IMG/VR virus record: IMGVR_UViG_3300043432_000295
Coordinates: 1-58,249 of that record
DNA length: 58,249 nucleotides
Origin: a virus
Lineage: Duplodnaviria > Caudoviricetes
Direction: 5' to 3' (one strand)
The position numbers and the translations under genes are program-made. The notes beneath the pieces were generated by a model. It searched no databases. It was not told the origin of the DNA and saw only the letters and a program-made list of their open reading frames with translations. How positions within the stretch are numbered: position 1 is the stretch's first letter; each line of letters starts with the position of its first letter. Shown piece by piece: positions 44,377-53,606 of this stretch.

Positions 44377-45318
44377 ATGCAGAGTAAGACGCCCTGGCTG
44401 AACCGTGCGCCCAGTACCGCCGTGCCCTACCAGCAACTCCCCGCCGTCGCGGCCACCGCCACGTCACGGGACCACTTCAGCCACTCCTACCTGCAACGCT
44501 ACGAATCATGCGCCTTGTCGGCCATGCTCGGCGACGCGTCACAGGCCAGCCTGATCGGACCCGGCCGCCCAAGCTGGTCACAGGTCGCCAGCCGCGCCTT
44601 CCACACCGCAGTCACGACGATCGAACGCGCCGCCCTCGCCGGCGTCACCATCGCCGACGACCCGGCCACACTGTGGACCGCACTGTTCGACACAGAGATC
44701 CAAGCACAGTTGACGGCGGTGGCCGGCACACCGCACGCCGACTCCAGCACCTGGCACGCGGCCAACCGCGGCAAGGAAGGCTTCGACTGGTGGCGCCTAC
44801 AAGGCCCCAACATGATCAAACTGTATGTGGCCTACCACAACCCGACCTGGCGCAGCCACAACCAAACCCTGCTGCTGCACGACAAGACCCCCGTCATCGA
44901 CGTCGACTACGACATGACAATCCGCAGCCTCGACGAGGAACGCGGCCTGCACATCCAAGGCATTGTCCCCCGGGCGGTCCTGAACGTGCGGACCTATTCG
45001 GTGACGGTCCTGGCCTGTCTGGTCGAGTCGTCGGTGGAGTCCACCTTTGAGCTCGGCGAGTACGGTCACGCGCTGCTGATGGCGATGGGGATTCCGGCCG
45101 AGCCCGCCGACCGGCCGATCCTGGGCCAGTACTGGCTGGCCCGCAAAGGCGTCTACAGCAGGCCGGTCCGCGTGTTGCAGCAGCATCCGCTGGCCGAGTT
45201 GCAGTACCGCTACGACCAGGCACTACGCGGTACCCGGGGGAGGGTGTTCGCGGCGAACGTGTCCAGTTTCTGCGCGGGTTGTGATGTGAGGGACTACTGT
45301 CCGACTCAGACCCATTGA
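44377..45318 (+). CDS. Cas4/RecB-like PD-(D/E)XK-fold protein, catalytic motifs degenerate
   Basis: HFSHSYL..YESC, AFH, C-terminal FCAGCDVRDYC; G-x-I-D and D-x-K not recognisable. Confidence 0.7.
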   Translation: MQSKTPWLNRAPSTAVPYQQLPAVAATATSRDHFSHSYLQRYESCALSAMLGDASQASLIGPGRPSWSQVASRAFHTAVTTIERAALAGVTIADDPATLWTALFDTEIQAQLTAVAGTPHADSSTWHAANRGKEGFDWWRLQGPNMIKLYVAYHNPTWRSHNQTLLLHDKTPVIDVDYDMTIRSLDEERGLHIQGIVPRAVLNVRTYSVTVLACLVESSVESTFELGEYGHALLMAMGIPAEPADRPILGQYWLARKGVYSRPVRVLQQHPLAELQYRYDQALRGTRGRVFAANVSSFCAGCDVRDYCPTQTH

Positions 45319-45344
45319 CACACCTAGTGACATGTCAATAGGAT
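45315..45344 (+). promoter_or_regulatory. Promoter of the right-arm operon with operator copy 6 in its spacer
   Basis: TTGACA-18-TAGGAT; CCTAGTGACATGTCAA at 45323-45338. Confidence 0.8.
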
Positions 45345-45466
45345 CGGGTGAGATGGGGGGCGGGTCGTTCCCCCGGCCCGCCCCACCAAGACCTGCAAGA
45401 CAAGAACCAGCGCCCCGCTTCGAAGGTTCGTGGCCCGAGCGGAGCGCCGACGAAGGGATCTTAGCA

Positions 45467-46039
45467 ATGGGAACCAGAGGCTTCATCGGCTTCGTGGTAG
45501 ACGGCGTCGAGAAGATCGCCTACAACCGCTTCGACTCATATCCTTCCGGCCTCGGGGCGAACGTCCTCGGATGGCTGCGCAAGGCGCACCTTGGCGGCGC
45601 ACGCCGTCTCGCTGGCGAGTTGCGCGTGGTCGACCCGGCCAGCACTCCCAGCACCGAGGACATCGAGCGCCTGCGTGGCTATGCGAACCTCCGGGTTGGC
45701 ACGCAACACGTTGATGACTGGTATGTCCTCCTGCGTGAGACGCAGGGCAATCCAGCCGCCATGCTCGACGCAGGCGTGATCGAGGACGCCAGCCACTTCC
45801 CGACCGATTCGCTGTTCGCGGAGTGGGGCTACGTCGTCGACTTCGACGCGAACACCTTCGAGGTCTACAGGGGCGATCAGAACCAACGGCACGAGGACGG
45901 GCGCTTCGCTGGCCGGACCGGTCCGGGTGGCTCGCAGGGCTACTACCCCGTGCGGCTCATCAAGTCGTGGACGCTTTCCGACCTTCCGAACGAAGCCGAC
46001 TTCATTGCCGCGGTGGACCCGGAAGAGGTCGAGTCATGA
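45467..46039 (+). CDS. conserved phage hypothetical protein
   Basis: MGTRG...YNRFDSYPSGLG...DSLFAEWGYVVDFD..TFEVY.G. Confidence 0.75.
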   Translation: MGTRGFIGFVVDGVEKIAYNRFDSYPSGLGANVLGWLRKAHLGGARRLAGELRVVDPASTPSTEDIERLRGYANLRVGTQHVDDWYVLLRETQGNPAAMLDAGVIEDASHFPTDSLFAEWGYVVDFDANTFEVYRGDQNQRHEDGRFAGRTGPGGSQGYYPVRLIKSWTLSDLPNEADFIAAVDPEEVES

Positions 46040-46341
46040 CCTCCACAGTGGACCACCGCACCGAGCTCATCGAAGACCTGGAGGCGTTCGCCCGCCTGCT
46101 CCGTCAGCGCCCCGACATGCTGGTCGACCAGTACTTCCGCGTCCGCGTCCAGTACACGGTGCTGCCGAGCTTTGGCGACGAGGCGGCCCGTATCGCCGAG
46201 GTGGAGCGGATGGCCGCGGTCCTCGGCGTGGATGTGGACCGCGACGAGCGCAGCGTCATGGCGATGGTGGAGGTGGGCCGGGCCGAGTACTGGGTGTACA
46301 CGGCGACCGACGCCGACCGCGAGCCGGAGATGGCCCGATGA
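46036..46341 (+). CDS. hypothetical protein
   Basis: ATGA-coupled; MTSTVDHRTELIEDL. Confidence 0.65.
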   Translation: MTSTVDHRTELIEDLEAFARLLRQRPDMLVDQYFRVRVQYTVLPSFGDEAARIAEVERMAAVLGVDVDRDERSVMAMVEVGRAEYWVYTATDADREPEMAR

Positions 46342-46718
46342 GCGCCGAGCTGCTCCGCCACGCGGCCACAGTGCTGCGCGAGCACGCCGGAGGGGCGCAG
46401 AACAAACGCCCATGGTGCCCGGACTACACATGGGCGGCAGTGCGTCATGTCCAGCGGAACTGCGGCGACGACTTCGAGTGCGGAATGCACGGCGCGGATC
46501 CGGATGCCGAGTGCTGGTCATTCGACATGTACGACGGCCGCTACGTCGCCCTGATGCACCCGCCCGTCGCGCTGGCTCTGGCCGCCCTGCTCGATGCGGC
46601 CGCCCCGGCGTGGGCCATCGACGGCAGCGAGCCGCCGCGCAACCCGAAGGACCGGGCCGTCATGTACGAACTGGTCGCGCTCGCCCGCGCCATCCTGCGG
46701 GAGGACCCCGATGCCTGA
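46338..46718 (+). CDS. hypothetical protein (Ead/Ea22-like motif)
   Basis: ELLRHAA...DGRYVALMHPPVALALA.LL. Confidence 0.6.
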   Translation: MSAELLRHAATVLREHAGGAQNKRPWCPDYTWAAVRHVQRNCGDDFECGMHGADPDAECWSFDMYDGRYVALMHPPVALALAALLDAAAPAWAIDGSEPPRNPKDRAVMYELVALARAILREDPDA

Positions 46719-47238
46719 CGTCTTCGACCTCCCCGCGCTCGATGAGGACGCGATCGACCTGGCGTGGCACCACTTCCAGACCGGCCACCTGTCCCGGTTC
46801 GAGGCCGCGCTGACGATGGCGCTGTCGGGCGTGACGTTCGTCGAGGCGCAGTCGCTGCTGTCGTGCACGTCGCTGCCCAACCCGACCCTGCCCCACGCCC
46901 GCCGCTGGGTCGAGGCCTACGACCACCACCTCGCCGTCCTCAGACCCGACGAGATCATCGTGTCCGCCGACCGGAACCTGGACCAGTACGTCACCTACCA
47001 CGTCGTCGTCGGCGCCATGGTCGTCGACCGCGACACCCGCACCGCGGCCGAGGCGCTGGCCCGGGACATCCCCGGCGCGAAGGTCGGCTACCGGGTGCAC
47101 CGCCGCGGGCCGCTGAAGTTCGGCTACTGGACGGGGGAACTCAAGACGGTTGCGATGCCGAAGTCGCCCGAGGACTGGGCGGCGTTGGCCAAGGCCAAGC
47201 CCTGTGGCTGCCACTGCATGGCGGCGGTTCAGTCATGA
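46711..47238 (+). CDS. hypothetical protein
   Basis: SD GGAGG; overlaps upstream stop. Confidence 0.6.
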   Translation: MPDVFDLPALDEDAIDLAWHHFQTGHLSRFEAALTMALSGVTFVEAQSLLSCTSLPNPTLPHARRWVEAYDHHLAVLRPDEIIVSADRNLDQYVTYHVVVGAMVVDRDTRTAAEALARDIPGAKVGYRVHRRGPLKFGYWTGELKTVAMPKSPEDWAALAKAKPCGCHCMAAVQS

Positions 47239-47711
47239 CCGCCACCTTCGCCGCCGTCGTCGTGTGGGTGACCGGCGTCGTCTGCCTCGCCGGCCAACTG
47301 CACCAACTCCGCCGCCGCCCAGCACCCGGCCGCCACCGCGCGCCTGGCCGCATGACCCGCCGGGCTGAGGCCGCACTACGGGCCGGCACCGAAGACGCCC
47401 GCCACCGCCACATCCAGCACCAGCAGCTGCGCGCCGGCGTGCCCGTGCTCGCGCCGGTGCCGATGTTCCTCGACGATGTGGCCCCGTTGTGCCCGCCCAT
47501 GTACCCGCCGCTGGTCGACGGCTACGCGCACCGGTTGGGTGCCGGCCGCTACGCCCACCTCAGCCCCGGAGAGCTGGACACCACGAACGACCGGTTGTTG
47601 CGGCGGATCGGCGTCAAGCCGGTGGTGGACCTGGCGGCGCTGCGGGTGCGGGGCGCGGTGCCGACCGTGCGCGAGGTAGACGACGAATGGTATGTGGAGG
47701 TGGCGTCATGA
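47235..47711 (+). CDS. hypothetical protein with N-terminal TM
   Basis: ATGA-coupled. Confidence 0.5.
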   Translation: MTATFAAVVVWVTGVVCLAGQLHQLRRRPAPGRHRAPGRMTRRAEAALRAGTEDARHRHIQHQQLRAGVPVLAPVPMFLDDVAPLCPPMYPPLVDGYAHRLGAGRYAHLSPGELDTTNDRLLRRIGVKPVVDLAALRVRGAVPTVREVDDEWYVEVAS

Positions 47712-48307
47712 GTGACTATCTGCTGGCGCGGTTCGAGCGTGGAGAGAATGCCGTCTGCTGGCCATGGCGTGGCCCGGTCCAGTCCAGCGGGTATGGCTTG
47801 GCGAACCTGACGACCGACGGCGTAGTGGTTCGGACCGGAGCGCATCGGGCGGTGTATGAGCATCTGGTGGGACCGATCCCGCCCGACATGTGCATCGATC
47901 ACGGATGTCACAACGCGGATACCACCTGCCCCGGCGGCAACGACTGCCCTCACCGGAGGTGTGTGAACCCGAGCCACCTGGAAGTCGTGACGCGCGGGGA
48001 AAACTCACGCAGAGGTAGAGGCTTCCCCGCAGTCAACTTGGCCCGGGACGTGTGCCCGAGGGGACACCCGTATGGACCACCGGGACCACGCGGGCGCCGA
48101 TGCGGCGTATGCGAGCGAGTTCGGCGCACAAGCTACCGGAGGGCGGCCGGGATGAAGCCCTCGGGCAAGGGTGCGAGCCACTGCGCCCGGGGCCACGAGT
48201 TCACGCCGGAGAACACCCGAATTCAGCGCACTGGTGGGCGAGGCTGTAAGGCCTGCGCACGGGCGGCTGAGCGCGCACTCCGTGCGGGCCGCCAGGCGGT
48301 GGCATGA
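47708..48307 (+). CDS. free-standing HNH endonuclease
   Basis: CWPWRG..GYG..AHRAVYE..GPIP..IDHGC..CVNPSHLE.VT..EN; two CxRGH repeats. Confidence 0.88.
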   Translation: MSDYLLARFERGENAVCWPWRGPVQSSGYGLANLTTDGVVVRTGAHRAVYEHLVGPIPPDMCIDHGCHNADTTCPGGNDCPHRRCVNPSHLEVVTRGENSRRGRGFPAVNLARDVCPRGHPYGPPGPRGRRCGVCERVRRTSYRRAAGMKPSGKGASHCARGHEFTPENTRIQRTGGRGCKACARAAERALRAGRQAVA

Positions 48308-48507
48308 TGCCGCGCACGATCGGCACGATGCTCGACCTGTCGGTGCTGTGCTTCTACGACGCCTGCCCCGAGTGCTACGACCCGGACTGCCTGTGCCACT
48401 GCCACGACCTGGACGACCTTGAGCCGCTGGAGTTGGACGAGGCGGCCGAACGTGCGGCCGAGATCGAATACGACACGCGGGCGAGGAGACGGGAGGCGAC
48501 CCGGTGA
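48304..48507 (+). CDS. small Cys-rich acidic protein
   Basis: C...CPEC...CLCHCH. Confidence 0.55.
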   Translation: MMPRTIGTMLDLSVLCFYDACPECYDPDCLCHCHDLDDLEPLELDEAAERAAEIEYDTRARRREATR

Positions 48508-49157
48508 CTGTCGAACTCATCCGTACGCCAGAGGACCGCTGCGTCCACTGTGACCGCCCGATCTACCTCCAAGGCATGTGCGCCCTGCTGGCCGACCCGG
48601 GGTTCGTCGACGAGGTGTGGGCCGAGGTCGCGACGCTGGCGCACGAGGGCATCGACATCACCCGCCACGCCGGGCGGTGGGGCGGCTGGCCGCTGCCCAA
48701 CGTCGAGGTCGGGGTGTCGGCCGAGGATCAGTACTGGGCCGGGCTGCGCCTGCCCGCCCTGGAGGCGACGCCGGCCGCGGTCCGGTTCGTCTCGTGCGAG
48801 CCGCTGCTGGGCCCGATCGACCTGTCCCGCTGGGTCGGGGCCGAGTTCGGCCTGGACGGCCGCTGGCAACCCGCCCAGACCGGGATGGTCGGGTCGGCCG
48901 GGCGGGAGCGGGCGTTGGACTGGGTGATCGTCGGCGGCGAGTCCGGCCACCACGCACGGCCGGTCGAGGAGTGGTGGATCGGGGACCTGGTCGACCAGGC
49001 CACCGCCGGCGGGGTGCCGGTGTTCGTCAAGCAGCTCGGCACCGCCTGGGCCCGCACCCACGGCCAGCCCGGGAAGGGCACCGACCCGGCCGGCTGGCCT
49101 GAGCACCTGCGCATCCGCCAGCTGCCCACCCCCGCCCGGGCGGGGGTGCGGGCGTGA
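48504..49157 (+). CDS. DUF5131 (Gp37/Gp68-like) C-terminal portion
   Basis: WPLPNV..GVSAEDQ, RFVSCEPLLGP, LDWVIVGGESG, VFVKQLG; N-terminal Cys motif missing. Confidence 0.75.
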   Translation: MTVELIRTPEDRCVHCDRPIYLQGMCALLADPGFVDEVWAEVATLAHEGIDITRHAGRWGGWPLPNVEVGVSAEDQYWAGLRLPALEATPAAVRFVSCEPLLGPIDLSRWVGAEFGLDGRWQPAQTGMVGSAGRERALDWVIVGGESGHHARPVEEWWIGDLVDQATAGGVPVFVKQLGTAWARTHGQPGKGTDPAGWPEHLRIRQLPTPARAGVRA

Positions 49158-50002
49158 CGGCCGAGGGTACGGCCGGGCGAGGGTTCTTCCTCGGGGCCCA
49201 TCAGCCGGGCTGGTTACGTGATGGCCGGGCTGCGTTGTTCGTCTCCGACCGCCAGCTGCGCGGCTACCGCCGGCTGCCGGTCGCGGGCCGGGCGTGGGCG
49301 CTGGACTCGGGGGCGTTCACCATCCACCTGCGGCGGGAGTCGTTCGACCCGCCCGCCGTGTACGCGGCCCGGGTCCGCCGCTACCAGGAGGAGATCGGCC
49401 AACTGCGGTGGGCCGCGCCGCAGGACTGGATGTGTGAACCGGCCATGCTCGCCCTGACCGGGCTGAGCGTGGCCGAGCACCAGCGCCGCACCGTGGCCAA
49501 CTACGTGGCGCTGCGCGACGTCGCGGCCGACCTGCCGATCATCCCGGTCGTGCAGGGCTGGACCATCGAGGACTACCTGCGCTGCGTCGACCTCTACGCC
49601 GCCCCGATCACCCGCGGCGGCGCCGGGGTTGACCTGACCACCATGGACCTGGTCGGTATCGGCACCGTGTGCCGCCGCCAAGCCACCGCCGAGGCCGGCC
49701 ACATCATCACCGCCCTGCACGCGGCCGGCGTCCGGCGCCTGCACGGGTTCGGCGTCAAAGTGCTCGGGCTGCGCCGCTACGGCCACCTGCTCACCTCGGC
49801 CGACTCGATGGCCTGGTCCCTGGCCGCCCGCCGCAGCCCCTCCCTGCCCGGCTGCGTCCACGCCAACTGCGCCAACTGCCGCCGCTACGCCTACCCGTGG
49901 TTCGACACCACCGCCGCCGCGTTCGCCGCTGCCCACGCCCAACCCCGCCAGGCCTACCTGTTCGGCCACCCCACCAGCACCCCCATTGGGAGGACCGCGT
50001 GA
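49154..50002 (+). CDS. TGT/DpdA-like (queuine tRNA-ribosyltransferase fold) protein
   Basis: ALDSGAFT, APQDWMCEP, PVVQGW, GTVCRRQ, LHGFGVK, SADSMAWS, H.NCANC. Confidence 0.8.
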   Translation: MTAEGTAGRGFFLGAHQPGWLRDGRAALFVSDRQLRGYRRLPVAGRAWALDSGAFTIHLRRESFDPPAVYAARVRRYQEEIGQLRWAAPQDWMCEPAMLALTGLSVAEHQRRTVANYVALRDVAADLPIIPVVQGWTIEDYLRCVDLYAAPITRGGAGVDLTTMDLVGIGTVCRRQATAEAGHIITALHAAGVRRLHGFGVKVLGLRRYGHLLTSADSMAWSLAARRSPSLPGCVHANCANCRRYAYPWFDTTAAAFAAAHAQPRQAYLFGHPTSTPIGRTA

Positions 50003-50568
50003 CCGTCTACGTCGACACCGCCCGCATCCCCGCCACGGTCGCCGGCCGGGCCGGCCGGTGGTCGCACCTGACCGCCGACAGCCGCGACGAGCTGCACCGC
50101 CTGGCCGACCGGATCGGCCTACGTCGCTCCTGGTTTCAGGACCCGACCCGCCCCCACGGCCAGCCGGGGGCGCACTGGCACTTCGATGTCACCGACCCCA
50201 AGCGGGCGGCGGCGATCGCGGCCGGCGCGCAGGTCATCAGCCGCCGCGAGCTTGGGCAGCTGCTCACCGCCCGTCGGGCCACCGCGAGCGGCGAGGCCCG
50301 CCCGCCCCGGCCGCGGCGCATCCAGCTGCGGCGCGGCAAGGGCTGGCGGCTGGGTGAGCACTGTGTGGTGGTGGCCCGGCCGACCCGGTGGGGCAACCCG
50401 TTCGCCCTCTGCGCCGGGGTTCCCGGCCAGCCCGGCCATGCCGGGATCGGTGACCGGTTCACCGCCGTGGCGGTCTACGCCGCCCATCTGTCGACGCTGC
50501 TGTCGGCGTGCGCCAACGGACGCACCAACGCCCAGCCACCACACGGATCCCGATGGAGCGCGCTATGA
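49999..50568 (+). CDS. DUF4031 fused to a partial DUF4326-like domain
   Basis: TVYVD..WSHL.AD..ELH..A..IGL.R.WFQ..HFDVT; then RIQLRR.KGWR...RPTRWGNPF. Confidence 0.75.
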   Translation: MTVYVDTARIPATVAGRAGRWSHLTADSRDELHRLADRIGLRRSWFQDPTRPHGQPGAHWHFDVTDPKRAAAIAAGAQVISRRELGQLLTARRATASGEARPPRPRRIQLRRGKGWRLGEHCVVVARPTRWGNPFALCAGVPGQPGHAGIGDRFTAVAVYAAHLSTLLSACANGRTNAQPPHGSRWSAL

Positions 50569-50975
50569 CCTGGAACGGGGACACGCATCGGGTGTTCATC
50601 GCCATCGCGAACTCGCTCATCGCCGACGACGCGGACGATGCCACCCTGCACGATGTGTTGGCCGCGCTGATGGACCACATCGGCGTGCCGATGATGCTCG
50701 CCGAGCGGTTCCGGCACATCCGGGCCATCCGGGCGCTATTCGCCGAACGTGGCGTGACGCTGCTGGATCGAGGCGTCGTCGAGGTGCAACTCGAACGGGC
50801 TGACCAGTCGAGTTGGCCCGCTCACCTTCGCGACGACGCGCCGTACCAGAAGTGCAGCTACTGCGACCGGAAGACGTGGTCGACGGAGGATTTCGGGAGC
50901 CGCTGCGGCATGACCTTGCCACACCGCGGGCCGTGCACCGGAACATTCGGACCGGAGACTCATCGTGGCGACTGA
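50565..50975 (+). CDS. hypothetical protein
   Basis: ATGA-coupled; C-terminal CSYC...C...C. Confidence 0.55.
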   Translation: MTWNGDTHRVFIAIANSLIADDADDATLHDVLAALMDHIGVPMMLAERFRHIRAIRALFAERGVTLLDRGVVEVQLERADQSSWPAHLRDDAPYQKCSYCDRKTWSTEDFGSRCGMTLPHRGPCTGTFGPETHRGD

Positions 50976-51034
50976 AATCAAGTGGTCGAACAAGCACCAG
51001 GCGTGGTGGCCGCTCTATGTCATGGCGGCCCCCG

Positions 51035-51250
51035 ATGCCTGACCCTCGCATCCTCACATGGGACTGGCGCGGCCAGCCCAACCTCGCCGAGCTGGCCCGC
51101 GTCCTGACTGACGTATCCAACGGCACCGTGCACCTGACCGAGGTGGACACGGGCGACGACCAGTACGCGATCGTCCTGTCGCCGCAGCCGGTGAACAAGC
51201 CGGACGCGTACGCCATGTACCGGCGCGACCTCATGGGCGAGACGCTGTGA
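51035..51250 (+). CDS. hypothetical protein
   Basis: ILTWDWRGQP...VDTGDDQYA. Confidence 0.6.
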   Translation: MPDPRILTWDWRGQPNLAELARVLTDVSNGTVHLTEVDTGDDQYAIVLSPQPVNKPDAYAMYRRDLMGETL

Positions 51251-52326
51251 CCGAGATCGCACAGCCAACGTGGCTGCCGCCCGGTCGCCGGGTGACACCC
51301 ACCGCCTACCGGGTGCTGGCCGCCGACGCCGACGAACGCACGTGGCTTGACGCCCGCCGCCTCGGCATCGGCTCATCCGACATCGCCGCCGTCCTCGGCG
51401 TCGCCGCCATGCGCACCTCCCTGCACGTCTGGCACGACAAGCGCGGCAGCCTGCCCGACGACGACGCAGGCGAGGCCGCCCTGTGGGGGAAACTCCACGA
51501 GGATACCGTCGCCCGCGAATGGGCCCGGCGCAACCGGTCCACCGTGCGCCGGGTCGGGCTCGTCGCCCGCATCGACGTCCACGACACCGACTCGTGGATG
51601 ATGTGCACCCTCGACCGGCAGATCGGCGTCTGCCCACTGGACCGCGACGCCGGCGCCGTGTGCGCGTTGGAGGTCAAGACCCGCAACGCGTTCGTGGCCG
51701 GCAAGTGGCGCCGCGAGGTCCCCGACGACGTGCTGGCCCAGGTGGTGTGGCAGATGGCCGTCACCGGCTACGGCCACATCCACGTCGCCTGCCTCATCGG
51801 CGGCAACGACTACCGCCAGTACGTCATCCGCCGCGACACCGCCCTGGAGACAGACGTGGTCGCCGCCGGTTCGCTGTTCTGGCACACCAACGTCCTGGGC
51901 GGCATCAGACCCGACGTCGACCTGGAGGCATACGGGGATGACCTTGTCGACCTGGACAACCGGCTCTACCCGATCCGCGGCACGGCCGCCGACGTGGACG
52001 GTGAGCGGGCGCTGCAGCTGATCCGCGACTACGAGACAGCCCGGCTGCTCGCGGCCCGGTACGAGGCCCGACAGAAGGCCGCGAAGGCGGCGCTGGTCAT
52101 GGCCTTGGACGGCAACGAGGCCGCGATCCGTGACGGCGACCACCACCGCAATCCGATGTGGACGTACCTGCCGCGCCGGCAGCGCCCGGCCATCGACCTT
52201 GCTGGTTTGGCCGAGCGGCATCCCGACGCCTACGCCGACTGCGTCACCGAGAAGACCGGGCGTGTGCTCGGCATCGCCCGAGACCTGCGACTGACGGAGG
52301 AAGACCTTGACCTCGACACTGCGTGA
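51247..52326 (+). CDS. YqaJ-like recombination exonuclease
   Basis: WL.ARR.GIGSSD, WG..HE, TLDR, LEVKT, QV.WQMAVTG. Confidence 0.9.
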   Translation: MTEIAQPTWLPPGRRVTPTAYRVLAADADERTWLDARRLGIGSSDIAAVLGVAAMRTSLHVWHDKRGSLPDDDAGEAALWGKLHEDTVAREWARRNRSTVRRVGLVARIDVHDTDSWMMCTLDRQIGVCPLDRDAGAVCALEVKTRNAFVAGKWRREVPDDVLAQVVWQMAVTGYGHIHVACLIGGNDYRQYVIRRDTALETDVVAAGSLFWHTNVLGGIRPDVDLEAYGDDLVDLDNRLYPIRGTAADVDGERALQLIRDYETARLLAARYEARQKAAKAALVMALDGNEAAIRDGDHHRNPMWTYLPRRQRPAIDLAGLAERHPDAYADCVTEKTGRVLGIARDLRLTEEDLDLDTA

Positions 52327-53107
52327 CCGGGCGCGCGCCGCGGCGACGGGCGCACCCGCCGAGCCGAAACCGGCGACGCTACCCGAACCCACCGACACCA
52401 CCACCGAACCGCTGCCGGCCATCGAGTACACCGGCCCGATCGCCGACGTCGCCCAGGTCCCCGTCTACGTCGCGTTCGCCCGGGTCATGGCCGACGTCCA
52501 GACCGTGCGCAAGGATGACCAACGCAACGACACCGGCGGCCGCTACAACTTCCGGGGCGTGGACCGGGTGGTCAATGCGGTCGGCCCGGCGCTGCGCCGA
52601 CATGGCGTGCTGGTCCTTCCGGCCGAGGTGCTGTCGGTCGAGTACCGCGAGTCGCGCACCAAGTCCGGCAGCGTCATGCAGGACTGCACGGTCCGGATCC
52701 GTTGGACGGTCGTCGGGCCGATGGGCGACGTGCTGCCGAGTCAACTGGAGTCCGCCGGCCAGGCGACCGATACCCAGGACAAGGCGACCAGCAAGGCGAC
52801 GTCGGTGGCCCAGCGGGTGCTGTTCCTGAGCGCGCTGCACATTCCGACCGAGGATCCGACGATCGACCAGGGCCACGACCGGGGCGAGGCGCCGATGCCC
52901 AAGCCGGCCGACTACCGCGATGAGGCGCTGAATTCGGGGACGCCGCTGGGTCGGCTGCGGCAGATGCGCGGCGAGGTGGGCCGGCACGGGTTGGCGCGGG
53001 TGCTGGTGACGAATGAGGTGGGCGACGAGGAGGAGCTGTTGGCGCTGATCGACCGGATCGGCCGCGAGCGCCGCGGCCCCGACCCGGCTGGCGGTGGCGG
53101 CGAGTGA
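52307..53107 (+). CDS. ERF family single-strand annealing protein
   Basis: YNFRGVD.V.NAV.PAL..HG, D..DKAT.KA.SVA. Confidence 0.88.
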   Translation: MTSTLRDRARAAATGAPAEPKPATLPEPTDTTTEPLPAIEYTGPIADVAQVPVYVAFARVMADVQTVRKDDQRNDTGGRYNFRGVDRVVNAVGPALRRHGVLVLPAEVLSVEYRESRTKSGSVMQDCTVRIRWTVVGPMGDVLPSQLESAGQATDTQDKATSKATSVAQRVLFLSALHIPTEDPTIDQGHDRGEAPMPKPADYRDEALNSGTPLGRLRQMRGEVGRHGLARVLVTNEVGDEEELLALIDRIGRERRGPDPAGGGGE

Positions 53108-53310
53108 AGACGTTCAAGCCGAACAACGTACTCAGCCCGGCCGAACTCGAAATCGACGCCCAGGTCCGCACGGTCGAGTGCCCGAACTGCGGCGCCAAGC
53201 CGGGCGTGCGGTGTGTCAGCAACGACCTGCGCGCCGACGGTCACCGGCAGGCCATGCTGTCCTCGCACCTCGGCCGGCTGCTCGCGGCCCGATGCGGCGA
53301 TGCCGAGTGA
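53104..53310 (+). CDS. small zinc-finger protein
   Basis: V.CPNCGA.PG..C...H..R. Confidence 0.65.
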   Translation: MKTFKPNNVLSPAELEIDAQVRTVECPNCGAKPGVRCVSNDLRADGHRQAMLSSHLGRLLAARCGDAE

Positions 53311-53606
53311 ACGCCAACGCGACCGAGACCGAGACGATCGGCTGGAACGACCCGCGCTGGGCCGAGGCCAGTATTACCGCCCGGCAGGCCGACTATTGGA
53401 CTCGCAACGAATACCTGCACGCCATCGACCCAGCCCCTAGTAGTGGCACCTCGCGGCAGTGGCCGGTCGAAGAGCTTGAGGTGGCGATCCGAGTCAAGCG
53501 GCTGCTGGACGTCGGGTTCCTGCTGGGAACGGCGTTCGTCATCGCCCGGTTCGGCTTCGGTGCCCATGAGATCGGCGAGGGCATCTTCATCGAGGTCGCG
53601 CCGTGA
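53307..53606 (+). CDS. MerR-type HTH protein
   Basis: ITARQADYW....L...SG.SRQW...EL.....KRLLDVGF.L. Confidence 0.7.
   Translation: MNANATETETIGWNDPRWAEASITARQADYWTRNEYLHAIDPAPSSGTSRQWPVEELEVAIRVKRLLDVGFLLGTAFVIARFGFGAHEIGEGIFIEVAP

Noticed and set aside
44377-45318. cas4 as part of a CRISPR system
   Set aside because: Stand-alone phage Cas4/RecB-like gene with no array or other cas genes
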